From: an uncultured virus (IMG/VR IMGVR_UViG_3300032167_006623)
Lineage: Duplodnaviria > Heunggongvirae > Uroviricota > Caudoviricetes
Length of the DNA stretch: 64,000 nucleotides
Virus record (IMG/VR): IMGVR_UViG_3300032167_006623
Reading direction: 5' to 3' (one strand)
A model generated the notes under the pieces. That model searched no databases. It was not told where the DNA came from and worked only from the letters and a program-made list of their open reading frames with translations. The stretch's first letter is position 1. The number at the start of each line of letters is the position of its first letter. Positions 40,605-49,528 of this stretch are shown here, in pieces. The position numbers were made by a program, and so were the translations under genes.

Positions 40605-42779
40605 ATGAGAAAGACAAGAAAGTCCGCAACAAGGTCTATTGCGGCCATTGCAGCTGCCACACTTATGGCAACATCAATGCTCGGTTCCACAGTATCCGCA
40701 TTTAACCCGTATTATACGGGCGACCCGTTTGATTACACCTTGAACTATAACTACAATAATGGTTCTTGGACTACTCCGGGTTACACAAATACCTCAAATA
40801 CGACTACGACAAGTACAAACAGCGGTAACAGCGTTTCTACTGTGCAGATGCCACAGCAGATTTATATGACTGTTTATGACTCAGGTCCTGCTCTGAGATA
40901 CAGCAGAGCCACATCTGTTATCTCAGCAGCCGAAGGCTTGCTCAGTAATATTGACAGTGCATCGCTTGGTCTCCCTGCTCCTACTTTCGCAGGTGTACAG
41001 CTCAGAATCGGCAGCACAAGCTACGATTATCTTATCGAACCTAATGCCGAAAATGATGCTACCGTACTCACATTCAACTCTTCGGCTAATCTTAAGTCAG
41101 GTATGTCCAAGATTAAGAAAGAAGAACAGGCTATCATGGATGCAGCTCTTGCTCCATATGTAAATTATATTGATTCTGTAATCAAGAGCGGCTCTTATAC
41201 TAAGGTAAATCAGGAAGATGATGCGTCCGTTAAGGCTGCAAAGCTGAGTAACTCTGCTATTCTCACAGCCATCAAGAGTGCTCTGACTTACACTTATACA
41301 GACCTTGACCTGTTCTCAGGTGACGTTACCGGCGATATCAAGACATATCAGATTGCTTATCTGTCCAAGGCTTCTGTTGGTAATTCTTCCACACAGACCG
41401 TTGTTTCCAACGATGAGGAATTTACCAACTTTCCAAGACTTATCATCGACGGTCAGATTACTGACTGGGGCAGCGTAAATCATCTTGACATCTTCAATAA
41501 TTCCAACAATTCTTGGTGGTATGCGCTCAAGGATGGTCATACTCTCAACAATGACTTCTATTGGCTCAAGGGTATGATGATTCCTGATTTCGAAGATTCT
41601 ATTTCTTTTGACGCTTATGCCGGAACTGAATGGAAGCAGTATGGCTCCGTTGCAACAGGCGGTGGTGCATCTTACGACGACGATGATGATGATACATCCG
41701 ATAACAATCCTACAAACACCAGCATTTTCTACTACAATAAGGCTTACAACTATGCTTCCGATAATGTGTATGCTGTAAAGCTTAACGGCTACATCGTTTA
41801 TTACCCGAACATTGACTACGCTAAGGCTGCTTGTCAGACTGATTCCGAAGCATATATCACACAGGTATATTCTTCTAATCACAGCTCTTCCAGACCTTAT
41901 TTCTGCTTTGTAAACGGCAACTATTATGCGTCTGTATCTGAAAGCCCGTATCCTAACTACACTTTCTATATGTCCAACATTGATGCACCTTCTAACGGCG
42001 GTGCTTACAATTATTACATTCATGACGGTGTAGTTTACACTACTCAGGGCAAGGCTGTCGGTGACGCTGATGACAGAGGTTACAGCCGCTACAATACATG
42101 GTTCTGTACAACAGACGGTCGTTTCTACCCTTCTGCTCAGACAGGCAAGAGCGGTTACTACGTTAATACATCCGATATGAACTATATCGATGAAAACGAC
42201 CCTTATTATCAGTATTGGATGATGCGTATTCAGATGCTTGAGCAGGAGCTCGCTAATCAGAAGAATAACAACTCCAAGCCTGATAAGGATACATCCTCAA
42301 GCAGTTCTTCAAGCAAGACAGACAAGACTGAAATCATCTCCGATGACAATCTCGCATATGTTTCTGCTGAAACACTGGCTGCACTCAGAGCAAGCGGCGA
42401 AACACTTGAAATTACTACAGGTAATAAGGCTGTTTGGTCAATCTGCGGCGATAACGTAAAGACACCGAGAGACGTAAATCTCCGTGTTACTTACAATACA
42501 AAGAACATCCCTGATTCCCTCAAGAAGACTCTTACATCCAAGAGTGATGTTGTAGCATCTTCTCAGGTGACAATCGGCGAAAATCTTGAATGGGGTATGA
42601 ATGCTTCTATGACCATCAAGTTCAATGCAAAGAGAGCTAATTTCATTGCTAAGCTTTACCGTTATGACACCAAGACAAACTCGCTTGTATATATAAATAC
42701 TGCGACTATCGGCAATACAGGTAAGGTTACATTCAATAACCTTGACCATGGCGGCGATTATCTCATCACTCTTGGTTAA
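40605..42779 (+). CDS. secreted/surface protein
   Basis: Signal peptide, Tyr/Asn/Ser-rich, C-terminal LDHGGDYLIT domain; consensus promoter 40485-40513; terminators downstream. Confidence 0.8.
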   Translation: MRKTRKSATRSIAAIAAATLMATSMLGSTVSAFNPYYTGDPFDYTLNYNYNNGSWTTPGYTNTSNTTTTSTNSGNSVSTVQMPQQIYMTVYDSGPALRYSRATSVISAAEGLLSNIDSASLGLPAPTFAGVQLRIGSTSYDYLIEPNAENDATVLTFNSSANLKSGMSKIKKEEQAIMDAALAPYVNYIDSVIKSGSYTKVNQEDDASVKAAKLSNSAILTAIKSALTYTYTDLDLFSGDVTGDIKTYQIAYLSKASVGNSSTQTVVSNDEEFTNFPRLIIDGQITDWGSVNHLDIFNNSNNSWWYALKDGHTLNNDFYWLKGMMIPDFEDSISFDAYAGTEWKQYGSVATGGGASYDDDDDDTSDNNPTNTSIFYYNKAYNYASDNVYAVKLNGYIVYYPNIDYAKAACQTDSEAYITQVYSSNHSSSRPYFCFVNGNYYASVSESPYPNYTFYMSNIDAPSNGGAYNYYIHDGVVYTTQGKAVGDADDRGYSRYNTWFCTTDGRFYPSAQTGKSGYYVNTSDMNYIDENDPYYQYWMMRIQMLEQELANQKNNNSKPDKDTSSSSSSSKTDKTEIISDDNLAYVSAETLAALRASGETLEITTGNKAVWSICGDNVKTPRDVNLRVTYNTKNIPDSLKKTLTSKSDVVASSQVTIGENLEWGMNASMTIKFNAKRANFIAKLYRYDTKTNSLVYINTATIGNTGKVTFNNLDHGGDYLITLG

Positions 42780-42887
42780 TCTCATATAAACCCCTTTGGA
42801 GAAACACGGTTGTCACAACCGTGTTTTTCTTTTTCTTGAAAAATAAAAAAGCAGTCAAAAATGACTGCTTTTTGTTTTACTTGATTA

Positions 42888-43421
42888 CTAAAATGGAAAA
42901 GTCGAATCATCTATATCGCTCAAATGCTGTTTTGCCTCGTTTGCTGTCTTTTTTATGAACTTGGACATTTCATATGATGACAACCACTTGGCTAAAAATT
43001 TCACCATAGCATCCTGAATGTTGTTGAATGTCCAACCGCCCTTTAATGCTGTCAGAAATTCTTCAATTGACGTATTTTCGTCCATATTACAACATTCAAC
43101 GGCAAAATTGAAGTTAAGACCGTTTAACGTGTCTATAAATTCCTTTGTGATTATAGACTGCATTCGGTGCTTTTCTTCATAACTATTGTGCTCGGTATAC
43201 CACGTTTCCTCTTCCGTTTCTGTCATGAAAACTCTGATTGTTCCACCGCCCATAAATTTAATATAATACGGTAATTCGTCAATATTATAGTCGGCTGCGG
43301 GGTCTCGTTCGTATTCGGCGTCTCTATTTTCGCATACTTGTCTGTCACGTTCTAAACGTCTGTCAATGCTGCAAACTGCGGTGTCGTATGATTCTGACAT
43401 GCTTTCAAAGTCAATGCCCAT
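42888..43421 (-). CDS. hypothetical protein
   Basis: AAGGAG RBS; ends DIDDSTFPF. Confidence 0.7.
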   Translation of the reverse strand: MGIDFESMSESYDTAVCSIDRRLERDRQVCENRDAEYERDPAADYNIDELPYYIKFMGGGTIRVFMTETEEETWYTEHNSYEEKHRMQSIITKEFIDTLNGLNFNFAVECCNMDENTSIEEFLTALKGGWTFNNIQDAMVKFLAKWLSSYEMSKFIKKTANEAKQHLSDIDDSTFPF

Positions 43422-43490
43422 AATACGAACTCCTTTTGCATTTATTTAAAATCAAGTCTGCAAGACTTTGCAGCCCTGCAGACTTGTATT

Positions 43491-44699
43491 TTACTTGCGT
43501 GACGCTAACTGGAAAAGACCTTCTCTGTTCAAGAATCTTGAATATCTGGAGTCAAGATACATAATCGGGAATTCATCACCTGCTGAGAAACTCTTAGCTG
43601 CCTGAATAAGTGCAGGATAAAGCTGTTCTCTAAGAGGACTTGCTCCACCGCCATATACATAAACAACTTCAATCTGACCGTTAGCCTTGTTGAGAATACG
43701 AGTAAATTCCTTAACAATTGCATCTACGAGTGTCATAGACTCTGCATTTACAATTGCAACTGCGTTGTCATACTTATGACGCTTCAGTGCAGATGGTGTA
43801 CACTGCAGAAATTCGCCGAGAGATTTTCTGTCATGGAATACATTGTTTGCTGCCTGCAATGGAGCCAATGAATTTTCAAGCACTGTACCATAACCGCTTG
43901 AAATATTCGCAGAGAAATCAGTATTAAACTGAGTACCTGTAAATACAGGGAAATTAACAGTTCCCTCTCCTATGTCAATACCGAGAGTACCTGTTGCTTC
44001 GATGATATCCTTCGCTGTGATACCCTCAAGCTTAATGCCGTTTGCACGCACGTCCTTAAGCAATGCATCCATAAACTTTTCGCCCTTGGATACAATAGCA
44101 ACCTGTGCTGAAGCACCTTCTGCAATAACTGACACTCTTTCGAACTTAATTTCGACCCTTACAGGTGTTTCGAAATTATGGAAGCATACAAAATGTGATG
44201 CCTTTGTAAATCCCTCAGAAAAACGGTCCCTGTAAGATTTGAACTCAGTAATAGGCAATGCAAGAGCCGTCTTCGACTCAACATGAAGTGTATCTGTCGG
44301 CAAAGCCTTGTTTGTTCTGTAGTAATTCTGCAAAGCTGCGCTTGCAATAATACTGAGAACAAGAACTGCAGACAAAGGCTGTTCTGCTTTGGACTTATGA
44401 CCATCGATATCGAACACTGCAATGGATTTACCGCTTTCAACACCTCTGCGTCCGAGATAAGAACGTGTTGTAGCAAAAATACCTGTTACGAGAGGACTAT
44501 CGAAAGTCACATTTGCTCTGTTAAAAATATCCTCGATTTCAGCTGCTACATCAATTACAGCCAAATCTGTAGGATTTGCAACTGTAGCTACACAGCTTGG
44601 AATGTCGATATTTACGTTATCAGCGTCGTTTGTCTTGGTTGCACCCTTGACATAGCCATTTCCTATATCAAGACCTGCATTGATTTTAATCTTATTCAT
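43491..44699 (-). CDS. parM: ParM/StbA actin-like partition ATPase
   Basis: LDIGNGYVK, IAEGASA, IDIGEGTVN, YGGGA actin-fold motifs. Confidence 0.9.
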   Translation of the reverse strand: MNKIKINAGLDIGNGYVKGATKTNDADNVNIDIPSCVATVANPTDLAVIDVAAEIEDIFNRANVTFDSPLVTGIFATTRSYLGRRGVESGKSIAVFDIDGHKSKAEQPLSAVLVLSIIASAALQNYYRTNKALPTDTLHVESKTALALPITEFKSYRDRFSEGFTKASHFVCFHNFETPVRVEIKFERVSVIAEGASAQVAIVSKGEKFMDALLKDVRANGIKLEGITAKDIIEATGTLGIDIGEGTVNFPVFTGTQFNTDFSANISSGYGTVLENSLAPLQAANNVFHDRKSLGEFLQCTPSALKRHKYDNAVAIVNAESMTLVDAIVKEFTRILNKANGQIEVVYVYGGGASPLREQLYPALIQAAKSFSAGDEFPIMYLDSRYSRFLNREGLFQLASRK

Positions 44700-44714
44700 G
44701 TCAAAAAACTCCTT

Positions 44715-45128
44715 TTACTTCATTAAGTCTGCGAGCATATCGTCCATAGCATATGTTGAACTTGTCTGTTCAACAGCAGGCTGCGATGTTGCAATAGGCT
44801 CGGATTTCTGTTCGATTATAGGTTCTGTCTTGATTTCAGTCACAGGTGTATTAGGAACTGAATTGACTTGTTCAACAGACTGTGATGTGTCGGCAGGCTT
44901 TTTGTAAGCCTGTTCATATTTTACAGCAGCAGCATCATCTGTCATCATAGGTAAACAGGTCGCATCAATCATTCCATGCTTCGCAATGTAATCTTTGATT
45001 ACTAATCTGATGCTTGATGAAAAGTTATGCTGAGCTTCAATCCATTCTGCTATCTGTACATCAGACGCCGGAGCCGAAAAATGATATCTTATGGTCTTAG
45101 GTCCTCGTTCCACGATTTTCATCCTCAC
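44715..45128 (-). CDS. ParR-like centromere-binding adaptor
   Basis: Small RHH-like N-terminus, disordered tail, directly upstream of parM. Confidence 0.65.
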   Translation of the reverse strand: MRMKIVERGPKTIRYHFSAPASDVQIAEWIEAQHNFSSSIRLVIKDYIAKHGMIDATCLPMMTDDAAAVKYEQAYKKPADTSQSVEQVNSVPNTPVTEIKTEPIIEQKSEPIATSQPAVEQTSSTYAMDDMLADLMK

Positions 45129-45173
45129 TTTCTGTCATTATGTTTGGTCTTTGACCTTACATATATTGTACCA

Positions 45174-45352
45174 CTTTTGTTACAAAAAGTCAACCAAAAT
45201 TGCACCTTTTTTGTTACAAAATTGGAACATTCTCCTTTTTGCACAAAATTGATACTTTATTGTAACAAAAATGGGTACTTTTTTGTTACAATTTTGCGAC
45301 GCTCAATTTTGTAACAATTTTTGCACCTTTTTTGTTACAATTTTGCAACACT
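45174..45352. repeat. parC-like centromere (TTGTTACAA/TTGTAACAA repeats)
   Basis: At least 6 near-palindromic copies over the parR-parM promoter region. Confidence 0.75.
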
Positions 45353-45404
45353 ATTTTATTTGAAAATCTTTTTTAAACAAGCATCTTTTTCTCTTTTTTT
45401 TATA

Positions 45405-45438
45405 ACGGCGAAAGACTCGCCGTCGGGTTTTAAATAAA
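45405..45438 (+). promoter_or_regulatory. Hairpin-CGG-N9-AAA element, first of the leading-region series
   Basis: ACGGCGA-AAGAC-TCGCCGT-CGGGTTTTAAATAAA; identical copy at 46323-46356. Confidence 0.75.
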
Positions 45439-45450
45439 AAACGAGAGGAA

Positions 45451-45735
45451 ATGATTATTATGACACATGCACAGTTTATGGAAAGAATTAACGCTATCAC
45501 AGCACAAAGCATTGCTTATGCTACCGAACATGCTGAAGAAATCAAGCAGCGACGGGAAGAAAGTATAACCAACTCTGAGAAACTCATTGGAGCTATTCTC
45601 CTTGACGCTAAGAATGCACCTAAGAAATCTTGGACTGTATATGAAAGCTTCAAGAACAGAATTTCTGTGACAGCAACAAGTTCTGAACAGTATGAAATCG
45701 CTATTCAGAAACTTACAAAAATTCTGAACGTATAA
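45451..45735 (+). CDS. hypothetical protein
   Basis: GAGG RBS after hairpin element. Confidence 0.7.
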   Translation: MIIMTHAQFMERINAITAQSIAYATEHAEEIKQRREESITNSEKLIGAILLDAKNAPKKSWTVYESFKNRISVTATSSEQYEIAIQKLTKILNV

Positions 45736-45795
45736 AATACCAAAGCTGTCAGCCAACTGACAGCTTATTATTTCAAAGAAAGGATGATTTTAATT

Positions 45796-46203
45796 ATGTC
45801 AACTATCAACGTTGCGGGTGTCACATTCGCAAATCCCGATAACGAAAGCCGTCAGGAAATTCTGAAAAATCTCGGCTTTGGCTATCATTATGCTATTCTT
45901 CAACAGACTACATTTGAGAATGAACGAGCTGTTGAGGTTTGGGTAGATAGCAAACTCATCGGATACGTTCCTCGAAAGGAACTCGGCAATCCTATGAGCT
46001 ATGAAGCGATTCTGGTCGTCCAGATATGCTATAATGAAGAAACTGATACTTTTTATGCCATTCTCTCCCCTATTGAGCCATTAAGCTTTGAGCAGATGAA
46101 TGAAATGTCAGAATTTTTCAAAGAACACCATCCTGAGCTACCCATTGTCTTTGACAAAAGGGCTTACGCAATAATGAAATACGTGCTTATACCGCAGTTG
46201 TAA
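45796..46203 (+). CDS. HIRAN-domain protein
   Basis: VAGVTF...RQEILK...ERAVEV...IGYVPR. Confidence 0.8.
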   Translation: MSTINVAGVTFANPDNESRQEILKNLGFGYHYAILQQTTFENERAVEVWVDSKLIGYVPRKELGNPMSYEAILVVQICYNEETDTFYAILSPIEPLSFEQMNEMSEFFKEHHPELPIVFDKRAYAIMKYVLIPQL

Positions 46204-46401
46204 CTGCGGCGGATTTGCAATAAAAACAGATAATTGAGTAGGTGATTCAGTGTCACACGGAACGGTAATAACCGCGAAGAGCTCGCCACGGCATTGCATT
46301 ATTGGTGAAAGATTATCTGAATACGGCGAAAGACTCGCCGTCGGGTTTTAAATAAAAACAGAGATTATCATAATCTCACAACTATGAAAGGAATTGATAC
46401 T

Positions 46402-46818
46402 ATGAAGAATACTATTCGCGTTGCAGGAGTAACATTTTCAAACCCAGACGGTACAAACCGTCAGGATATTCTTAAGGGCCTTGGCATTGGCTGGAAAACA
46501 GCAAAGCTGAAGCAGACAACTTTCGAAGGTGAAAGAGCTGTAGAGGTTCGCATCAATGGTCATCTTGTTGGCTATGTTCCAAGAACACAGCTCAGCAATC
46601 CCCTCTCTTCGATGACAGAACTTACGGCAATGGTAGAATACTACCCCGCTAAGAAAGCAAATGGCGACGGAAAGTGGTATGTGACACTTTCAGAGAGAAT
46701 CAGACCAAGTTCTGCAGAATACGGTCTCATGAAGAAGCTCTGTGCAGAAGCAAAGCTCCCTATGCCTGCATATGACACCAGAGCCTACGCAGGTTACTGG
46801 GCTGTCGTAAAGGCTTAA
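46402..46818 (+). CDS. HIRAN-domain protein (paralog)
   Basis: VAGVTF...RQDILK...ERAVEV...VGYVPR. Confidence 0.8.
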   Translation: MKNTIRVAGVTFSNPDGTNRQDILKGLGIGWKTAKLKQTTFEGERAVEVRINGHLVGYVPRTQLSNPLSSMTELTAMVEYYPAKKANGDGKWYVTLSERIRPSSAEYGLMKKLCAEAKLPMPAYDTRAYAGYWAVVKA

Positions 46819-46878
46819 AAACACAGACCCCGGCTTAACAGCTGGGGTCTTATTTTTTATTAAGAAAGGACTATAATT

Positions 46879-47148
46879 ATGAAAATTTTTACACATATTT
46901 TGAGTATTATACTCGGCATTGTCGTTATCGCATTTGCCCTTATCATCTCCCCTATCATAACCTTTGGTGCAGGTTATCTTGGCGGAATGATTCTTGAGTT
47001 AATTGTTGGAGATTGTATTACGGCTACTCTTAATACAATCTTTGACACAACTCGTTTCACAAATGACTTGATTCCACCTGTTTGTGCCGTACTTGCTGTA
47101 CTTGGCAGTTTCTTCAAGCCATCTATTGAAAATAAGAAAGATGAATAA
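46879..47148 (+). CDS. small membrane protein
   Basis: Hydrophobic, AAAGGA RBS. Confidence 0.7.
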   Translation: MKIFTHILSIILGIVVIAFALIISPIITFGAGYLGGMILELIVGDCITATLNTIFDTTRFTNDLIPPVCAVLAVLGSFFKPSIENKKDE

Positions 47149-47158
47149 GGGTGAAATT

Positions 47159-47368
47159 ATGCCAGAAATAAAATATCCTGTTGATATCGACAAATACAAA
47201 GATTTAGTCGATGAACCTGAAGACTCGGCTATACCTAAAAATGTCATCATTGTGACAAACAATGAAGCTAAAAGCAGAGAGATTATTGCTAAGGCAATGA
47301 TTGAAATGTACTGGAAACAATTGAATGAAAAGAATAAGCAACTGAGTGAAAAAATGGGTGATAATTAA
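47159..47368 (+). CDS. hypothetical protein
   Basis: AAGGGTG RBS before MPEIKYP. Confidence 0.55.
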   Translation: MPEIKYPVDIDKYKDLVDEPEDSAIPKNVIIVTNNEAKSREIIAKAMIEMYWKQLNEKNKQLSEKMGDN

Positions 47369-47572
47369 AGCTATGCTTCGGCATAGCTTTTTCTTTACAA
47401 CAAACAACGGCTGCATTTACGCAGCCGTTATTTGCTTGACAAAATAGAGATGGAAATCAAAACATTTCGTTACTCATTCGTCATTGTAACAAAATTTCAA
47501 CACTTTGTCAAGCAAATAATTGTGAACAATTAGCAAGCGTGACCGCTTGCCGGATTTGTAATAAAAAGAATA

Positions 47573-47602
47573 GTCAGCTGTAAAGACGTTAAAACAGAGA
47601 AA
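47573..47602 (+). promoter_or_regulatory. conserved 30-nt leader motif GTCAGCTGtAAAGACGTTAAAACAGAGAAA (copy 1 of 6)
   Basis: Also at 56512, 57608, 58128, 58984 and 63930, always directly before an RBS. Confidence 0.8.
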
Positions 47603-47615
47603 TGGAGTGTATATC

Positions 47616-47753
47616 ATGTTTGAATATAAGATTTCTTATGAAGAAGCTGTTGAACAGTTTTTAAGCGACCATCCTGAATTCTTTCCTACTGATATTGAAT
47701 ACTGTCCTGATGTATTCCGTCAGATGTGCGAAGAAACAGGCTATGTTGCATAA
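47616..47753 (+). CDS. 45-aa acidic protein (not in ORF track)
   Basis: GGAG RBS; MFEYKISYEEAVEQFLSDHPEFFPTDIEYCPDVFRQMCEETGYVA. Confidence 0.7.
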   Translation: MFEYKISYEEAVEQFLSDHPEFFPTDIEYCPDVFRQMCEETGYVA

Positions 47754-48019
47754 ACACTCCGTATGTGATACGGAAATACTCCGTATTACATACGGATATT
47801 ACTCTTAAATCTAAAGAAATTCCTTTTAAAAGTTTTTAAGAGGAATTTCTATGCAGATTGAAATCTGCACGGGTTTTATTTAAAGCTGATTATTCACTGC
47901 GTACAGGCCGACTGTAGTCATCGTAAATGTCAAACAGGAGCAGCAAGTCACGTGTGCGGCACATTTTGCAGCATTTACCGTAGTGAATGATTATATAAAA
48001 GAAAGGATTGTGTATACTT

Positions 48020-48199
48020 ATGACTACTATTATTGCAATTTTTATGGTTCTTGTTATGGCTGCTGCTAATTATGCAGTTTTCAATGCTGATGATGTAATG
48101 CTTCTCGAAGGTGAATACGAGGATTATTATGGCCGTGACGAGTCTGAACCAGAGGGTTGGACAGAAGAGATGGAAAAAGAATATTATGGTCTTGATTGA
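48020..48199 (+). CDS. small protein, TM plus acidic tail
   Basis: AAAGGA RBS. Confidence 0.6.
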   Translation: MTTIIAIFMVLVMAAANYAVFNADDVMLLEGEYEDYYGRDESEPEGWTEEMEKEYYGLD

Positions 48200-48213
48200 A
48201 AGGAGTAATCACA

Positions 48214-48372
48214 ATGATTGAAGTATCAAAGATGTCCAAGAAAGCACAGAAAGAATATTACAGCAGACAGCGTAATACATGGGGTTCTCTCTCCCCTGTT
48301 ACACGTAAGCCTGCTAAGCCTCAGGCTTACAATCGTGCTAAAATGAAGTCAGCTCTCCGAGCTGACTTTTAA
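48214..48372 (+). CDS. 52-aa basic protein (not in ORF track)
   Basis: AAGGAG RBS; MIEVSKMSKKAQKEYYSRQRNTWGSLSPVTRKPAKPQAYNRAKMK... Confidence 0.7.
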   Translation: MIEVSKMSKKAQKEYYSRQRNTWGSLSPVTRKPAKPQAYNRAKMKSALRADF

Positions 48373-48530
48373 TTTTTTTTGTGTCTGTTTGTATGTCGTT
48401 TTGCATGTACGTATGTATGTCATAATGAATGTCAAAAATAAACACCTGACGGTGTTTCGGATTTATTATAAAAGAATTATAATTCTTTCTCCTGATAATA
48501 AGCGTGAACGCTTATCGGGTGTTTTTTAAA

Positions 48531-49257
48531 GAATGAAGTGGGACGATGGTCCATAGCTGTCATTCGCCGGGTCCGAATTGCCCGTGACAGGCTGCTCCTG
48601 TTGAAGAAATGTGTCGCATTCGCAAGCTTGGCAGTGGCTAATTAAGCTTGCAAATTGGTGTTAATGCTGAATTCGCAGATGAGTTTAACACCGACTGCAT
48701 CGCAGTATAAACAAGCGATAAGAGTGAAGTGGGACGACGGTCCATAGCTGTCACTCGACAGGTACAGATTGCCTGAGACAGCGCTCCTGTCTGAATAAGC
48801 GTTGCAGCCTTTGTAAGCATAGGCTGAGGAAATAAAGAAGCTTACAAAATTCATAACAGATACTGAATCTGCAGGGTAACTCAGTTATGGACTGTTTTTA
48901 ACAGTATAAACAACAATCAGGCAGCATGACTGCCGATATGGGAACATAGCTTAGCGGATAAAGCAAGTCTTTGTAAGGGGTTCAACTCCCCTATCATCAA
49001 CGGATTTGATACATGGACAGTCTACGCGGGTTCGAATCCTGCTGTTCTCACCAGAAGCTGTCAGCAATTGCTGCCGTACGGGCAATGGAGTGCGTACGGA
49101 GCGCAGACGGCGTCGATTGTGCCTGCATGTGCCGAAATCAGTGCCTCCATGCAGGGCGTCGACTTAATTAAGCTCATTACTCATTATATACATTCCTCTC
49201 TCTCCTTTCTGAATACACCGTATGTGCCCTCCCGCATACGGTGTATTTCTTTTTTTC
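48531..49257 (+). ncRNA. about 720-nt structured non-coding transcript or ncRNA cluster
   Basis: GC-enriched, no credible ORF; follows two hairpin elements (48440, 48498); ends in terminator at about 49213-49257. Confidence 0.6.
48940..49053 (+). tRNA. tRNA-like element with expanded anticodon/variable region (possibly Tyr-GTA-derived)
   Basis: Acceptor GGGAACA/TGTTCTC-A-CCA, D arm GCTT/AAGC, T arm GCGGG-TTCGAAT-CCTGC; 114 nt. Confidence 0.6.
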
Positions 49258-49304
49258 ACATTGAAGCATTACATGAAGCTTCAATGTGATATTTTTTTTG
49301 TATC

Positions 49305-49465
49305 AATATTGTAACAAAAATGGGTATCTTTTTGTTACAATATTGCACACTGATTTTTATTGTTACAATATTGTAACAATAAAAGCACCAAAATTGATAC
49401 AATTTTGTTACACGAACTTTTTTGCTACAATTTTGTTACAATTTTGGTGCAAAAATTGTTACACC
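49305..49465. repeat. second TTGTTACAA repeat cluster
   Basis: Same repeat as 45174-45352, next to promoter TTGACA(49467)-N17-TATAAT. Confidence 0.8.
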
Positions 49466-49528
49466 CTTGACATTTGGTGACAAATGTATTATAATGATAC
49501 ATATATCAAATTATGAAGGATGTGCATC

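Larger units (their letters stand above)
1..42000. mobile_element. Conjugative plasmid backbone (relaxase, T4SS, topoisomerase, iteron replicon); element extends beyond both window ends
   Basis: Co-occurrence of HUH relaxase, VirB2/B4/B6-like genes, TopB, Rep with iterons and ParM; no housekeeping genes seen. Confidence 0.85.

Noticed and set aside
47573..47602. Leader motif as a pistol ribozyme (GACGTTAAA similarity)
   Set aside because: Too short; lacks the further stems and cleavage junction
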